Positions 28,041-36,733 of a stretch of DNA of 38,666 bases are shown piece after piece. The translations under genes and the position numbers were made by a program. The number at the start of each line of letters is the position of its first letter. Position 1 is the first letter of the stretch. Source of the DNA: Lachnospiraceae bacterium. GTDB lineage: Bacteria; Bacillota; Clostridia; Lachnospirales; Lachnospiraceae. The notes beneath the pieces are model-generated. The model saw nothing but the letters and a program-made list of their open reading frames with translations. It was not told the DNA's origin and did no database searches. Location of the stretch: contig JAFOYD010000131.1 of assembly GCA_017391545.1 (NCBI GenBank), positions 1 through 38,666 on the forward strand. The letters run 5' to 3'.

Positions 28041-28307
28041 TTATTTTCTGATACCAAGCTTCTCAATAAGAGCACGATATCTCTCAATGTCAGTCTTCTT
28101 TAAATAATCAAGTAAACCACGTCTCTGACCAACCATCTTTAAAAGACCACGTCTTGAATGATGATCCTTCTGGTTGTTCTTTAAGTGCTCAGTTAACTCC
28201 TGAATTCTTGCTGTTAATACTGCGATCTGAACCTCTGGTGAACCTGTGTCTCCTTCTGATCTTGCGTACTCAGCGATAATTGCCTGCTTCTTTTCCTTAG
28301 AAATCAT
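28041..28307 (-). CDS. rpsO: 30S ribosomal protein S15
   Basis: [16 protein letters not shown]...[21 protein letters not shown]. Confidence 0.99.
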   Translation of the reverse strand: MISKEKKQAIIAEYARSEGDTGSPEVQIAVLTARIQELTEHLKNNQKDHHSRRGLLKMVGQRRGLLDYLKKTDIERYRALIEKLGIRK

Positions 28308-28309
28308 TT

Positions 28310-28428
28310 TTTAATCCTCCATATAATAAATATAATATTATTGACCACCATATACCAAGTCTGGGTCGGAGCGTCCCGACACTGGGTACCGGCTGTTACA
28401 TCCATGTCCTATGCTGAACACAGAACAC
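28310..28428 (-). promoter_or_regulatory. Structured rpsO leader (probable S15 autoregulatory RNA)
   Basis: ~120-nt 5' UTR with hairpin TGTTCTGTG/CATAGGACA and nested GTACC..GTCGG/CCGAC..GGTAT helices; S15 leaders are established in Firmicutes. Confidence 0.55.
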
Positions 28429-28434
28429 TTAAAT

Positions 28435-28463
28435 AGTATATCATACTATGTCAGCATATGCAA
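28435..28463 (-). promoter_or_regulatory. SigA promoter of rpsO
   Basis: TTGCAT (28463-28458), 17 bp spacer, TG-A-TATACT (28440-28435). Confidence 0.75.
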
Positions 28464-28466
28464 GAA

Positions 28467-29651
28467 TTAATTCGATAAAAACCGCCTTACACATGCTGGT
28501 GTACGGTAATTGACACCTGAAATCTTTATTCCTGTCTTGGGACTTGACGCATGAATTACCTGTCCATTTCCTATGTAGATCGCTACATGGTTGATACTGC
28601 CGTTTTTCGCATAAAATACGAGGTCTCCCGGTTTTGCCTCTCCAAGACTTACCTTTGTACCAAGCTGTGCCTGGGAAGCCGCATGATGTGGAAGGCTGAC
28701 ACCGTATTTTTTATAGATGCTCATCGTGAAGCCTGAACAGTCCGCTCCATTCGTAAGACTTGTTCCACCCCACACATAAGGATTTCCGACAAACTGTTTT
28801 GCATACTGCACGAGGTCTACGCGCACATCTGACACACCCTGTCCATAGAGCAGCTCTGTCAGTGTAACTGCCTTCTCAAGCCGTTCCTCTACATCTACAT
28901 ACTCTCCGGAAACGTAGGCTTCCTCATCATCAAGCAGAAACTTGACCCAGCCATTGTCCATGATTTCGACGACCTCAAGCTCCTCCTCCTGCGGAATCAG
29001 CGTAATTACGATAGAATCCGTATTCGGCTCCTCCCTGACCTTAAGCGTTTCCGTATTGACCACAGCAATCATGGATGCTACCTCTTTGCCCCTTGCAATT
29101 GCTGCGTCACCCATATACAAAAACTCTGTGCTACAGTAGCCATCTACTTTTCCTGATTTGATATGCGCCCATCCGTTCTCATCAATATCCAGTATTTCAC
29201 AGGCAGCATCTTTTGTGAGCTTTCCGATCAGCTTTGCATTTTCATTTGGTTCCTGTCTGATATTCAGATGATTGTCTACATGTGCGATTCCAAGGTTCGT
29301 ATAGCCCCAATATGTCTCTGGCTCTTTCACCTCTTCGTCTGGTTCAGCAGCTTCATTTTCTGCATCTGTTCCCATACTTCTTGCCTGTGTTTCTCCAGAT
29401 CGGATCTCATCCTCTGTCTCTTCAAAAACAGATCCGATTCCCGCTGACAGTTCCACATCATCTCCTGCATCCGTATCCTCTTCACTTGCATCAGCTTCAA
29501 GAATGTCGAGCGTGATCTGTTCCCTTTCTTCCTTAGAATTGAAATCATCCTGTCTTGTATTTGCATAAGCGCCACTCCCAAACAGCACTACTGCAAGTCC
29601 TACTCCTGCTATTACACCCGTGTACTTCAATCTGTTTATCTTTTTCATCAT
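28467..29651 (-). CDS. Secreted peptidoglycan endopeptidase: signal peptide, acidic linker, 2x SH3b, NlpC/P60
   Basis: Signal ending AYA; LNIRQEP..GW and LKVREEP..GW SH3b repeats; PYVWGG, DCSGF (Cys), HVAIY, IHAS. Start 29651 or 29648 fits the signal peptide better than 29690. Confidence 0.93.
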   Translation of the reverse strand: MMKKINRLKYTGVIAGVGLAVVLFGSGAYANTRQDDFNSKEEREQITLDILEADASEEDTDAGDDVELSAGIGSVFEETEDEIRSGETQARSMGTDAENEAAEPDEEVKEPETYWGYTNLGIAHVDNHLNIRQEPNENAKLIGKLTKDAACEILDIDENGWAHIKSGKVDGYCSTEFLYMGDAAIARGKEVASMIAVVNTETLKVREEPNTDSIVITLIPQEEELEVVEIMDNGWVKFLLDDEEAYVSGEYVDVEERLEKAVTLTELLYGQGVSDVRVDLVQYAKQFVGNPYVWGGTSLTNGADCSGFTMSIYKKYGVSLPHHAASQAQLGTKVSLGEAKPGDLVFYAKNGSINHVAIYIGNGQVIHASSPKTGIKISGVNYRTPACVRRFLSN

Positions 29652-29686
29652 CTCAATCCAATTCCTCATTCGCTGCCACCAGTACA

Positions 29687-29718
29687 CCATTGTTACTGTT
29701 TACTCCGTTCCAGTAACG
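29687..29718. repeat. 32-bp palindromic direct repeat, copy 1
   Basis: CCATTGTTACTGTTTACTCCGTTCCAGTAACG; internal arms GTTACTG/CAGTAAC; 30/32 identical to 29820-29851. Confidence 0.9.
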
Positions 29719-29734
29719 TCACCAGCGCCACATT

Positions 29735-29762
29735 GTTACATATATATTACAAATAAGTTACG
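29735..29762 (-). promoter_or_regulatory. WalR-type (OmpR family) direct-repeat boxes
   Basis: CGTAAC-N5-TGTAAT-N5-TGTAAC; the last two match TGTWAH-N5-TGTWAH exactly; upstream of a cell-wall hydrolase. Confidence 0.6.
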
Positions 29763-29767
29763 AACAT

Positions 29768-29796
29768 AATATATCATTCGGCAGCGTGGATGTCAA
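29768..29796 (-). promoter_or_regulatory. SigA promoter of the NlpC/P60 gene
   Basis: TTGACA (29796-29791), 17 bp spacer, TG-A-TATATT (29773-29768). Confidence 0.78.
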
Positions 29797-29819
29797 CGCA
29801 ATCTGCCTGACAAATATAT

Positions 29820-29851
29820 CCATGGTTACTGTTCACTCCGTTCCAGTAACG
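29820..29851. repeat. 32-bp palindromic direct repeat, copy 2 (overlaps the ribF stop)
   Basis: CCATGGTTACTGTTCACTCCGTTCCAGTAACG; its minus strand encodes ribF ..VTGTE*. Confidence 0.9.
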
Positions 29852-30801
29852 AGCAAAGATCCATGATACTCTTTCCCTGTTTTAATGTCTGACTCCATCT
29901 GTGCCTTCAGTGCATCGACACTATCAAAGCGCATCTCCGGTCTTTTGAATTTCAGCAAATATACCTCCATATCATCACCGTAAACGTTACTGTCAAAATC
30001 ATAAATATAAGTCTCCACGCCCATGACGAAACGATTGTCCACAGTCGGCTTTGTTCCAATATTAGTAATAGAAGGAAGCTTCTTACCGTCATAGGGCATC
30101 GTTCCATCTTTGCTGTGAAGGTATACATAGGAATAATACACTCCATTCGGGGGCAGCAGCTTTTCCTTTGGGGGCAACAGATTGACAGTCGGCATTCCAA
30201 TCGTACGCCCAAGCTTTCTACCATGAACGATTTCCCCACCGATATGATAAGGTGTCCCCAAAAGCTTTGTCACCAGCTCCATGTTTCCATTCCTTACCTC
30301 CTCACGGACATAAGTAGAGCTTACTTCCCTGCCTTCGTATAACACCTTGTCAATAATGATCACATCATATCCATATTCTGCAGCCTTTGCCTGTAGCAGC
30401 GTGCAGTCTCCGGCTCCACGCTTACCATAGGACACATCATCACCGGCTACAACGCACTTGGCATGAATCCTGTCGACCAGTACCTTTTTAATATAAGCTT
30501 CCGGCTCCATATCAGCAATCTCCTGATAAAACGGATACTCAATCAGATAATCAACCCCTGCATTCTCAAAGATCCTGCGCTTTTCGGCGATTGTAGAAAG
30601 ATCTTTGACAGCTTCTCTGCTAAAAAATGCCGCTGGAGATGGCACAAACGTAAACACAACGGATTTGAGGCCTCTTTTTTTCTGTTCCTCAAGCTGTCCC
30701 AGAAGCTTTTGATGGCCTCTGTGAAATCCATCAAATTTTCCAATTGCCACAGCAGTTTTTTCACTGATATAAAAGTCTGTCGTATTCTCTATAATTTTCA
30801 T
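29833..30801 (-). CDS. ribF: Bifunctional riboflavin kinase / FAD synthetase
   Basis: IGKFDGFHRGHQ, VSST.VR, GRKLGRTIGMPTVN, NIGTKPTV, ETYIYDF, RPE.RF. Confidence 0.97.
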   Translation of the reverse strand: MKIIENTTDFYISEKTAVAIGKFDGFHRGHQKLLGQLEEQKKRGLKSVVFTFVPSPAAFFSREAVKDLSTIAEKRRIFENAGVDYLIEYPFYQEIADMEPEAYIKKVLVDRIHAKCVVAGDDVSYGKRGAGDCTLLQAKAAEYGYDVIIIDKVLYEGREVSSTYVREEVRNGNMELVTKLLGTPYHIGGEIVHGRKLGRTIGMPTVNLLPPKEKLLPPNGVYYSYVYLHSKDGTMPYDGKKLPSITNIGTKPTVDNRFVMGVETYIYDFDSNVYGDDMEVYLLKFKRPEMRFDSVDALKAQMESDIKTGKEYHGSLLVTGTE

Positions 30802-30808
30802 GATCTAC

Positions 30809-31714
30809 CTATCCCAAAAACATTTTAAAAGGCTTGAATACCCCTTCATTTTTTACAAATGCATAAACTGCTTTGAATTCACCGTTACAGCTATATACCC
30901 TGAGCATATCATGATCCTTAAAAGACACATGATCATCCAAGACAAGCTGTCTTGGATAAAGCTTATTTCCGTTTAAGAGCGCACTCTGCGCCTCGGGCTT
31001 AACAGTCGTTCCTGCGTATTCCATAAAAATACTGTCCGGCGCCATCACATAGTTTTCATATGCATTTGATGCCATAAGCTCCTCTACCTTAGAAAGCGTG
31101 ATGGCATCTTCTATCTTAAAACTTCCGACCCGCGTGCGGACCAGGGAAGCCATCGCTGCCCCACAGCCAAGTTTTTCGCCAATGTCAGCGCACAGGGCTC
31201 TGATATAAGTTCCCTTCGAGCAGCTCACCACGAACCTTACCTCCGGCAGACTAATCTCCAGAATTCTGATTGACGGAATATCTACGTGTCTGGACTGTCG
31301 CTCGATTTCCTTACCTTCTCTTGCAAGCTCATAGAGCTTTTTCCCATTGACCTTCAGTGCCGAATACATTGGCGGTATCTGCTCATAGCCACCTACAAAG
31401 CTCATAATGGCAGCTTCGACATCTGTCACGCTAACATTCACATCTGATTCTGTAAGTATTCTGCCACTCAGATCCTGCGTATCTGTCGTAACGCCCAGCT
31501 TCATGCATGCCTCATATTCCTTGCTCTTGTCAGTCATCAGGTCACAAAGCTTTGTGGCATTGCCAAAGCACACAGGAAGGACCCCTACCGCGTCGGGGTC
31601 CAATGTACCTGTGTGTCCGATTTTTTTTTGTTTTACGATTCCCCGAAGCTTTGCTACTACATCGTGTGATGTAAAGCCAGCTTCCTTATAAATGTTCATG
31701 ATACCATTGATCAC
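30809..31714 (-). CDS. truB: tRNA pseudouridine(55) synthase
   Basis: TSHDVV, GHTGTLDP, TDTQD, QIPPMYSALK.NG.KLYELAR, CSKGTYIR. GTG 31714 likely; TTG 31735 is an alternative. Confidence 0.97.
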   Translation of the reverse strand: MINGIMNIYKEAGFTSHDVVAKLRGIVKQKKIGHTGTLDPDAVGVLPVCFGNATKLCDLMTDKSKEYEACMKLGVTTDTQDLSGRILTESDVNVSVTDVEAAIMSFVGGYEQIPPMYSALKVNGKKLYELAREGKEIERQSRHVDIPSIRILEISLPEVRFVVSCSKGTYIRALCADIGEKLGCGAAMASLVRTRVGSFKIEDAITLSKVEELMASNAYENYVMAPDSIFMEYAGTTVKPEAQSALLNGNKLYPRQLVLDDHVSFKDHDMLRVYSCNGEFKAVYAFVKNEGVFKPFKMFLG

Positions 31715-31738
31715 AGTTCCACCACCATTGCCCAAAAG

Positions 31739-32725
31739 TTACATTTCCTCTTTCATTTCCTCGTCATGCTTCTTCATCTGAAGTTCAATCTGTCCTGAAA
31801 TGTTATTTACAACATCATAGAAGGTTCCGTTCATACTACAGCCCGCGGCCCTTACATGACCACCACCGCCAAAATACTCAGCGACCTTGCTCACATCTAC
31901 ATAGTTATTAGAACGGAGGCTTACTTTATACTCAAGATTTCCAATCTCATACATAAAAATAGCACACTCCACGCCCTTCGTAATGCGTAGCTGGTTAACA
32001 ATCCCCTCCAGATCGGCGGAAGTCGCATTATAGAATGAAAGTGTCTTGTTATCAATGGCACTGACAACACATCTGCCATCCATAAACATGATGCTCTCAA
32101 GCATTGCTCTTCCTAAAAGCTGATTCTGCGTATATGTTTTTTCATAGAATGTCTGATCTATGAGAGCCGGAAAATCAAAACCAAATTTAATAAGCTCCGC
32201 CGCGATCATCAATGTCTTTGGCGAAGTATTGGAATACTTAAATATGCCTGTATCATGAATGATTCCAATATAAATCGCCTTTGCGATCTCCTCGTCCATA
32301 TACTCTTTATCAATCAGATCATACACAAGCTCCGCTGTAGAACTGATGCCCGGAATGACATAATTCACATCTCCACAGCCTCTCTCATTGCTTACGTGAT
32401 GATCTATATTAATGCGCTTTTTAGCATTTGCAAACATTTCCTCTGCTTTGCCAAGACGGCTTTTTTCACAGTCAAGTACAATAAATACATCAGCAGCTCC
32501 TTCTAACGCATAGGTCTGGTCAATCTTTTCAAAATCCTTGATACAGGCGAATACCTCTGACGGCTCCTCAAGGCACACTTTGATATCCGCATTTGGCAAA
32601 ACCTTTTTCAAATACAGATACATCGCCATACAAGAACCGATACAGTCTCCATCAGGTCTGATATGTCCTGATATCACAATCGTTTCTGCTGTCATACATT
32701 CTTCTAACAAATCAATCTTTATCAT
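31739..32725 (-). CDS. nrnA: DHH/DHHA1 oligoribonuclease / pAp phosphatase
   Basis: GHIRPDGDCIGS, IDHH, GIIHDTG.F, KVSLRS, GGGGHVRAAG; between rbfA and truB as usual in Clostridia. Confidence 0.9.
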   Translation of the reverse strand: MIKIDLLEECMTAETIVISGHIRPDGDCIGSCMAMYLYLKKVLPNADIKVCLEEPSEVFACIKDFEKIDQTYALEGAADVFIVLDCEKSRLGKAEEMFANAKKRINIDHHVSNERGCGDVNYVIPGISSTAELVYDLIDKEYMDEEIAKAIYIGIIHDTGIFKYSNTSPKTLMIAAELIKFGFDFPALIDQTFYEKTYTQNQLLGRAMLESIMFMDGRCVVSAIDNKTLSFYNATSADLEGIVNQLRITKGVECAIFMYEIGNLEYKVSLRSNNYVDVSKVAEYFGGGGHVRAAGCSMNGTFYDVVNNISGQIELQMKKHDEEMKEEM

Positions 32726-32798
32726 ATAATCACTACCTTATAAATCAATTCATATAACTACTGCGCAACCTCATGGTTACGCACAACTCACTCTGTAC

Positions 32799-32827
32799 AT
32801 CATACACAAAAGTATCTGGGAAGTCAA
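32799..32827 (-). promoter_or_regulatory. SigA promoter of nrnA-truB-ribF, overlapping the upstream terminator
   Basis: TTGACT (32827-32822), 17 bp spacer, TATGAT (32804-32799). Confidence 0.65.
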
Positions 32828-32842
32828 ATACTTCCCAGATAC
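32808..32842 (-). terminator. Intrinsic terminator after rbfA
   Basis: Perfect 13-bp stem GTATCTGGGAAGT-atttg-ACTTCCCAGATAC followed by TTTTG. Confidence 0.8.
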
Positions 32843-32855
32843 CCCCAAAAAATTT

Positions 32856-33254
32856 CTATTCTATTTCATCGTCTTTATTATCGTCAACATGTCTTTCGTC
32901 GTCCGCCCTGTTAACTTCATCGATCATCTTTGACATGGACACTCCATAAGCAATGGACTGATCCAGCACAAAACGAATCTCGGGCGTATTTCTCAGATTG
33001 ATCTTTTTGGCAAGAAGGCTTCTGATATACCCCTCAGCGCTCTTTAAGCCTGCGAGTGTATCTTTCTGCGATTCCTCATTTCCAAGCACACTGATCCATG
33101 CCTTACAGGTCTTAAGGTCAGGTGCCACCTCTACAGCCACCACGGAGGTCATTGGATTGATTCTGGGATCTTTAATCTCGCTCCTGATCACCTCCGCAAG
33201 AACACGATGAACTTCCCCGTTCACACGGGTATTTTTCACACTGTTTTTTCTCAT
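32856..33254 (-). CDS. rbfA: Ribosome-binding factor A
   Basis: EIKDPRI, V..DL..CK..IS, L..A.GYIR..LA...LR.TPE..F..D.S; abuts the infB stop. Confidence 0.97.
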   Translation of the reverse strand: MRKNSVKNTRVNGEVHRVLAEVIRSEIKDPRINPMTSVVAVEVAPDLKTCKAWISVLGNEESQKDTLAGLKSAEGYIRSLLAKKINLRNTPEIRFVLDQSIAYGVSMSKMIDEVNRADDERHVDDNKDDEIE

Positions 33255-36146
33255 TTATCTTGGAACCTCCACCATGGTATATGCTTCAACGATATCAAGC
33301 TCCTGCATGCTGTCAAATCCGTCAAATACAAGACCACACTCAAAGCCTGCCTTGACTTCCTTGACATCATCCTTAAATCTCTTGAGGGATGCAAGCTGAC
33401 CTTCGTAAATCTGCTCACCCTCACGTGTAATACGAATCTTGCAGTCTCTCTGGAATACACCATCAAGGACATAAGAACCTGCAATATTGCCGACAGCAGA
33501 TGCCTTGAAGATCTGTCTTACCTCTGCATGACCAAGTACCTTCTCCTCAAATACAGGATCAAGCATGCCCTTCATGGCGGCTTCAATATCCTCAATCGCC
33601 TGATAGATGACCTTGTAAAGCCTTACGTCTACGCCTTCACGCTCTGCGGTCGTCTTTGCCTGTGCATCAGGACGCACGTTAAATCCGATAATAATTGCCT
33701 TTGAAGCAGATGCAAGAATAACATCAGATTCATTAATTGCACCAACGCCACCATGGATGCACTTAACAACCACTTCCTCATTGGAAAGCTTCATAAGGCT
33801 CTGCTTAACTGCCTCTACACTACCCTGCACATCAGCCTTAATGATCAGATTGAGTTCCTTAAGATTACCTGCCTGAATCTGGGAGAACAGATCATCAAGA
33901 GACATCTTAGCCTTAGTATCCTCAAGAAGCTTCTCTTTATTCTGAGCCACAAAGGTTTCAGCATAATATTTTGCTTCCTTATCATTTTCATGTGCGATAA
34001 AGATTTCGCCGGCATTTGGCACATCACCAAGGCCGAGAATCTCTACCGGAGTGGAAGGACCTGCTTCTTTTACTCTTCTGCCCTTATCATCGACCATTGC
34101 ACGTACCTTACCACTTGCAGCACCTGCTGATACAAAATCACCGACCTTCAGCGTTCCTTTCTGTACCAGAATCGTCGCTACCGGTCCACGTCCCTTATCA
34201 AGCTCTGCCTCAATGACAAGACCTCTTGCACGTCTGTTTGGATTTGCTTTCAGTTCAAGTACTTCTGCAGTCAGCAGAATCATCTCAAGAAGCTGTTCTA
34301 TACCTTCACCACTCTTGGCAGATACTGGTACAAATACCGTACTTCCACCCCAGTCCTCTGCAATCAGACCGTACTCTGTCAGCTCCTGCTTCACACGCTC
34401 AATATTTGCGCCAGGCTTATCAATCTTATTGACTGCAACGATAATTTCAATGCCAGCAGCCTTTGCATGGTTAATCGCCTCAACCGTCTGTGGCATGACA
34501 CCATCATCTGCAGCAACTACCAGGATTGCGATATCTGTAGAGTTCGCTCCACGCATACGCATGGCAGTAAATGCCTCATGACCCGGAGTATCCAGGAAGG
34601 TGATCTTCTGATCGTTAATATTAACAGTATATGCACCGATATGCTGTGTGATTCCACCAGCCTCTTTATCTGTCACATTTGTCTTTCTGATTGCATCAAG
34701 AAGGGAGGTTTTACCGTGATCTACGTGTCCCATGACGCAGATAACAGGAGGTCTTGAAACCATATCATCCGGATTCTCCTCATCCTCTTTGAGAAGCTCC
34801 TCGATCACATCTACCTTTACTTCCTTTTCACAGATAATGTCATAATCGATTGCAATATTCTCCGCTGTCTCATAATCAATTTCCTGATTAACAGTAACAA
34901 TCTGCCCCTGCAGGAAAAGCTTCTTAACAATGGCAGAAGGCTGAATCTTCATCTTATCAGCAAGCTCTTTGATCGTGAGCGTATCTGGAAGTGTAATGAC
35001 CTTGATCTGTTCCTCAACAGTCTCAACAGGCTTCTTCTCCGGCTTGATGAACTTGCCGGGTTTATTCTTGCCCTTGATGTTCTTCATGCCGTCTTCGTTG
35101 TCTTCGTACATCAGATCCTTACGATTTCTCTTATCCTTCTCCTGACTGATACGACGCTTCTCCTCGTCTCTATGCTTTTCTGCATCCTTGATCGGACTCT
35201 CTGGAACAAAGCCACCGTTCTTGTTCGCATTCTTTCCGCCAAATCCGCCTCTGTTGTCACGGCCACCGCCAAATCCCTGTCCGGGTCTTGCTCCCTGACC
35301 AGGTCTCGCATTCTGACCATCACGGCGCTGTCCGTCGAAGCTTCTCTGTCCATCACGATTGTCACGGCGCTGTCCGTCGAAGTTTCTCTGGCCATCACGA
35401 TTGTCACGACGCTGTCCGTCACGGTTATCGCGGCGCTGTCCGTCAAAGTTTCTCTGGCCATCACGGTTATCGCGGCGCTGTCCGTCAAAGCTTCTCTGGC
35501 CATCACGGTTATCGCGGCGCTGTCCGTCAAAGCTTCTCTGGCCATCACGATTATCATTTCTCTGTGGCGCCGGCTTTGGTGCCTCTGCCTTTACAGGTGC
35601 CTCTGCCTTTACAGGTTCCACTACTTTAGCAGGTGCTTCTGTCTTTGCAGGTGTCTCTGCCTTGATTTCAGCGCGCTCTGCCTTCTCTGCAGTCTTTTCT
35701 ACAACATGCTCTGCCTTTTCTGCTACAGGCTTTACTGTCTGCTGTGGTGCCGGAGCCACAGGTTTCTTTACTTCCACAGCTTCTGCGGGAGCTGCTGCCT
35801 TCTTTTCAGGATGTGCAGGTCTCTTGGGAATCTGTGCTCCTCCCGGAAGCTTTGAATTGTGAGGGTTGCTCACGAATATGATACTTTTTTTCTTCTTTAC
35901 TGTTCCCTCACCAGTCTTGGCAGGCGCCTTTGTTTCTCCTGATGTCTCGGTCTTCTCTGTCGTCTTAGGTGCCTCTTCTGACTTGGCAGGTGCCTTTATG
36001 GCTTTCTTCACTTCTTCTACCTGTCCGTCTTCTAATACACTCATGTGGCTTTTTACCTCTATACCTTTATTTTTTAATACTGCAAGAACATCTGCGCTCT
36101 TAACACCGATCTCCTGTGCAAGCTCATAAACCTTTATTTTTGCCAT
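33255..36146 (-). CDS. infB: Translation initiation factor IF-2
   Basis: [11 protein letters not shown]-domain (SD GAGGAGG before ATG 36146), [40 protein letters not shown]. Confidence 0.99.
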   Translation of the reverse strand: MAKIKVYELAQEIGVKSADVLAVLKNKGIEVKSHMSVLEDGQVEEVKKAIKAPAKSEEAPKTTEKTETSGETKAPAKTGEGTVKKKKSIIFVSNPHNSKLPGGAQIPKRPAHPEKKAAAPAEAVEVKKPVAPAPQQTVKPVAEKAEHVVEKTAEKAERAEIKAETPAKTEAPAKVVEPVKAEAPVKAEAPKPAPQRNDNRDGQRSFDGQRRDNRDGQRSFDGQRRDNRDGQRNFDGQRRDNRDGQRRDNRDGQRNFDGQRRDNRDGQRSFDGQRRDGQNARPGQGARPGQGFGGGRDNRGGFGGKNANKNGGFVPESPIKDAEKHRDEEKRRISQEKDKRNRKDLMYEDNEDGMKNIKGKNKPGKFIKPEKKPVETVEEQIKVITLPDTLTIKELADKMKIQPSAIVKKLFLQGQIVTVNQEIDYETAENIAIDYDIICEKEVKVDVIEELLKEDEENPDDMVSRPPVICVMGHVDHGKTSLLDAIRKTNVTDKEAGGITQHIGAYTVNINDQKITFLDTPGHEAFTAMRMRGANSTDIAILVVAADDGVMPQTVEAINHAKAAGIEIIVAVNKIDKPGANIERVKQELTEYGLIAEDWGGSTVFVPVSAKSGEGIEQLLEMILLTAEVLELKANPNRRARGLVIEAELDKGRGPVATILVQKGTLKVGDFVSAGAASGKVRAMVDDKGRRVKEAGPSTPVEILGLGDVPNAGEIFIAHENDKEAKYYAETFVAQNKEKLLEDTKAKMSLDDLFSQIQAGNLKELNLIIKADVQGSVEAVKQSLMKLSNEEVVVKCIHGGVGAINESDVILASASKAIIIGFNVRPDAQAKTTAEREGVDVRLYKVIYQAIEDIEAAMKGMLDPVFEEKVLGHAEVRQIFKASAVGNIAGSYVLDGVFQRDCKIRITREGEQIYEGQLASLKRFKDDVKEVKAGFECGLVFDGFDSMQELDIVEAYTMVEVPR
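35322..35555 (-). repeat. In-frame 42-bp tandem repeat in the IF-2 linker
   Basis: Five copies of DNRDGQR(S/N)FDGQRR plus one 24-bp truncated copy DNRDGQRR. Confidence 0.92.
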
Positions 36147-36147
36147 A

Positions 36148-36474
36148 TTATTCCTCCTCACCCTCACTATTAACAGATTGTCCCAGATGCTTAATTATTG
36201 ATTTTGCGAAGTTTTCATCTGTAATTGCAAGAGATGAACGCATAGCCTTTCCCATCGCATGTCCAAGCTCCTCCTTCGTACCAAAAAAGTATCTCGGCAC
36301 ATGATAGAATTCGCACATATCAGAAAACATCTTCTTTGTATTGTCCGATGCATCTTCAGAAACGATCACGAGCCATGCTTTTCCGCTTTTTACGCTCTTG
36401 TCAGTTGCAAATTCTCCACTTACTACCTTGCCTGCCTTCATGGCAAGCCCAAGCATGGAATATATCTTATTCAA
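36148..36474 (-). CDS. ylxQ: L7Ae/L30e-family RNA-binding protein
   Basis: [33 protein letters not shown]; TTG start; between ylxR and infB. Confidence 0.93.
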   Translation of the reverse strand: MNKIYSMLGLAMKAGKVVSGEFATDKSVKSGKAWLVIVSEDASDNTKKMFSDMCEFYHVPRYFFGTKEELGHAMGKAMRSSLAITDENFAKSIIKHLGQSVNSEGEEE

Positions 36475-36733
36475 ATAACTCTATCTCCTTTGTCAGACTG
36501 TCGTAGACCTCATCAGGCACAGACATTTTGAATGCCCTGTCAAGTCCTCTTGATTTTCTTGCCTTTTTCATGCACTCAAGGCTCGGGCATATGTATGCAC
36601 CTCTGCCATTTTTTCTTCCTGTAGCATCCAGCATGATTCCTTCATCCTCTGTGCGGAGAACTCTGATCATATCCTTTTTGCTTTTCATCTCACCACAGCC
36701 GATACACTGTCTCAATGGAATCTTTTTTGCCAT
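36467..36733 (-). CDS. ylxR: YlxR (RnpM, DUF448) RNA-binding protein
   Basis: P.RQCIGC....K.DMIRV, D.TG.KNGRGAYIC...C. Confidence 0.95.
   Translation of the reverse strand: MAKKIPLRQCIGCGEMKSKKDMIRVLRTEDEGIMLDATGRKNGRGAYICPSLECMKKARKSRGLDRAFKMSVPDEVYDSLTKEIELFE

Noticed and set aside
28410-28458. Short inverted repeats over the rpsO promoter (TAGTAT/ATACTA; TATGCTGA/TCAGCATA)
   Set aside because: Arms of 6-8 bp in AT-rich DNA, partly explained by the promoter and leader hairpin; no independent support.
29687-29851. Mini CRISPR array (palindromic ~30-bp repeats beginning GTT)
   Set aside because: Only two copies, the 101-bp spacer is far too long and contains a promoter, and there are no cas genes in the window.
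31621-31629. A9 homopolymer in truB as a phase-variation tract
   Set aside because: In frame, encodes the usual basic residues before GHTGTLD in a housekeeping gene.
35111-35862. Repetitive alternative-frame and antisense ORFs (148-227 aa) over infB
   Set aside because: Shadows of the in-frame 42-bp repeat; no SD or independent features.
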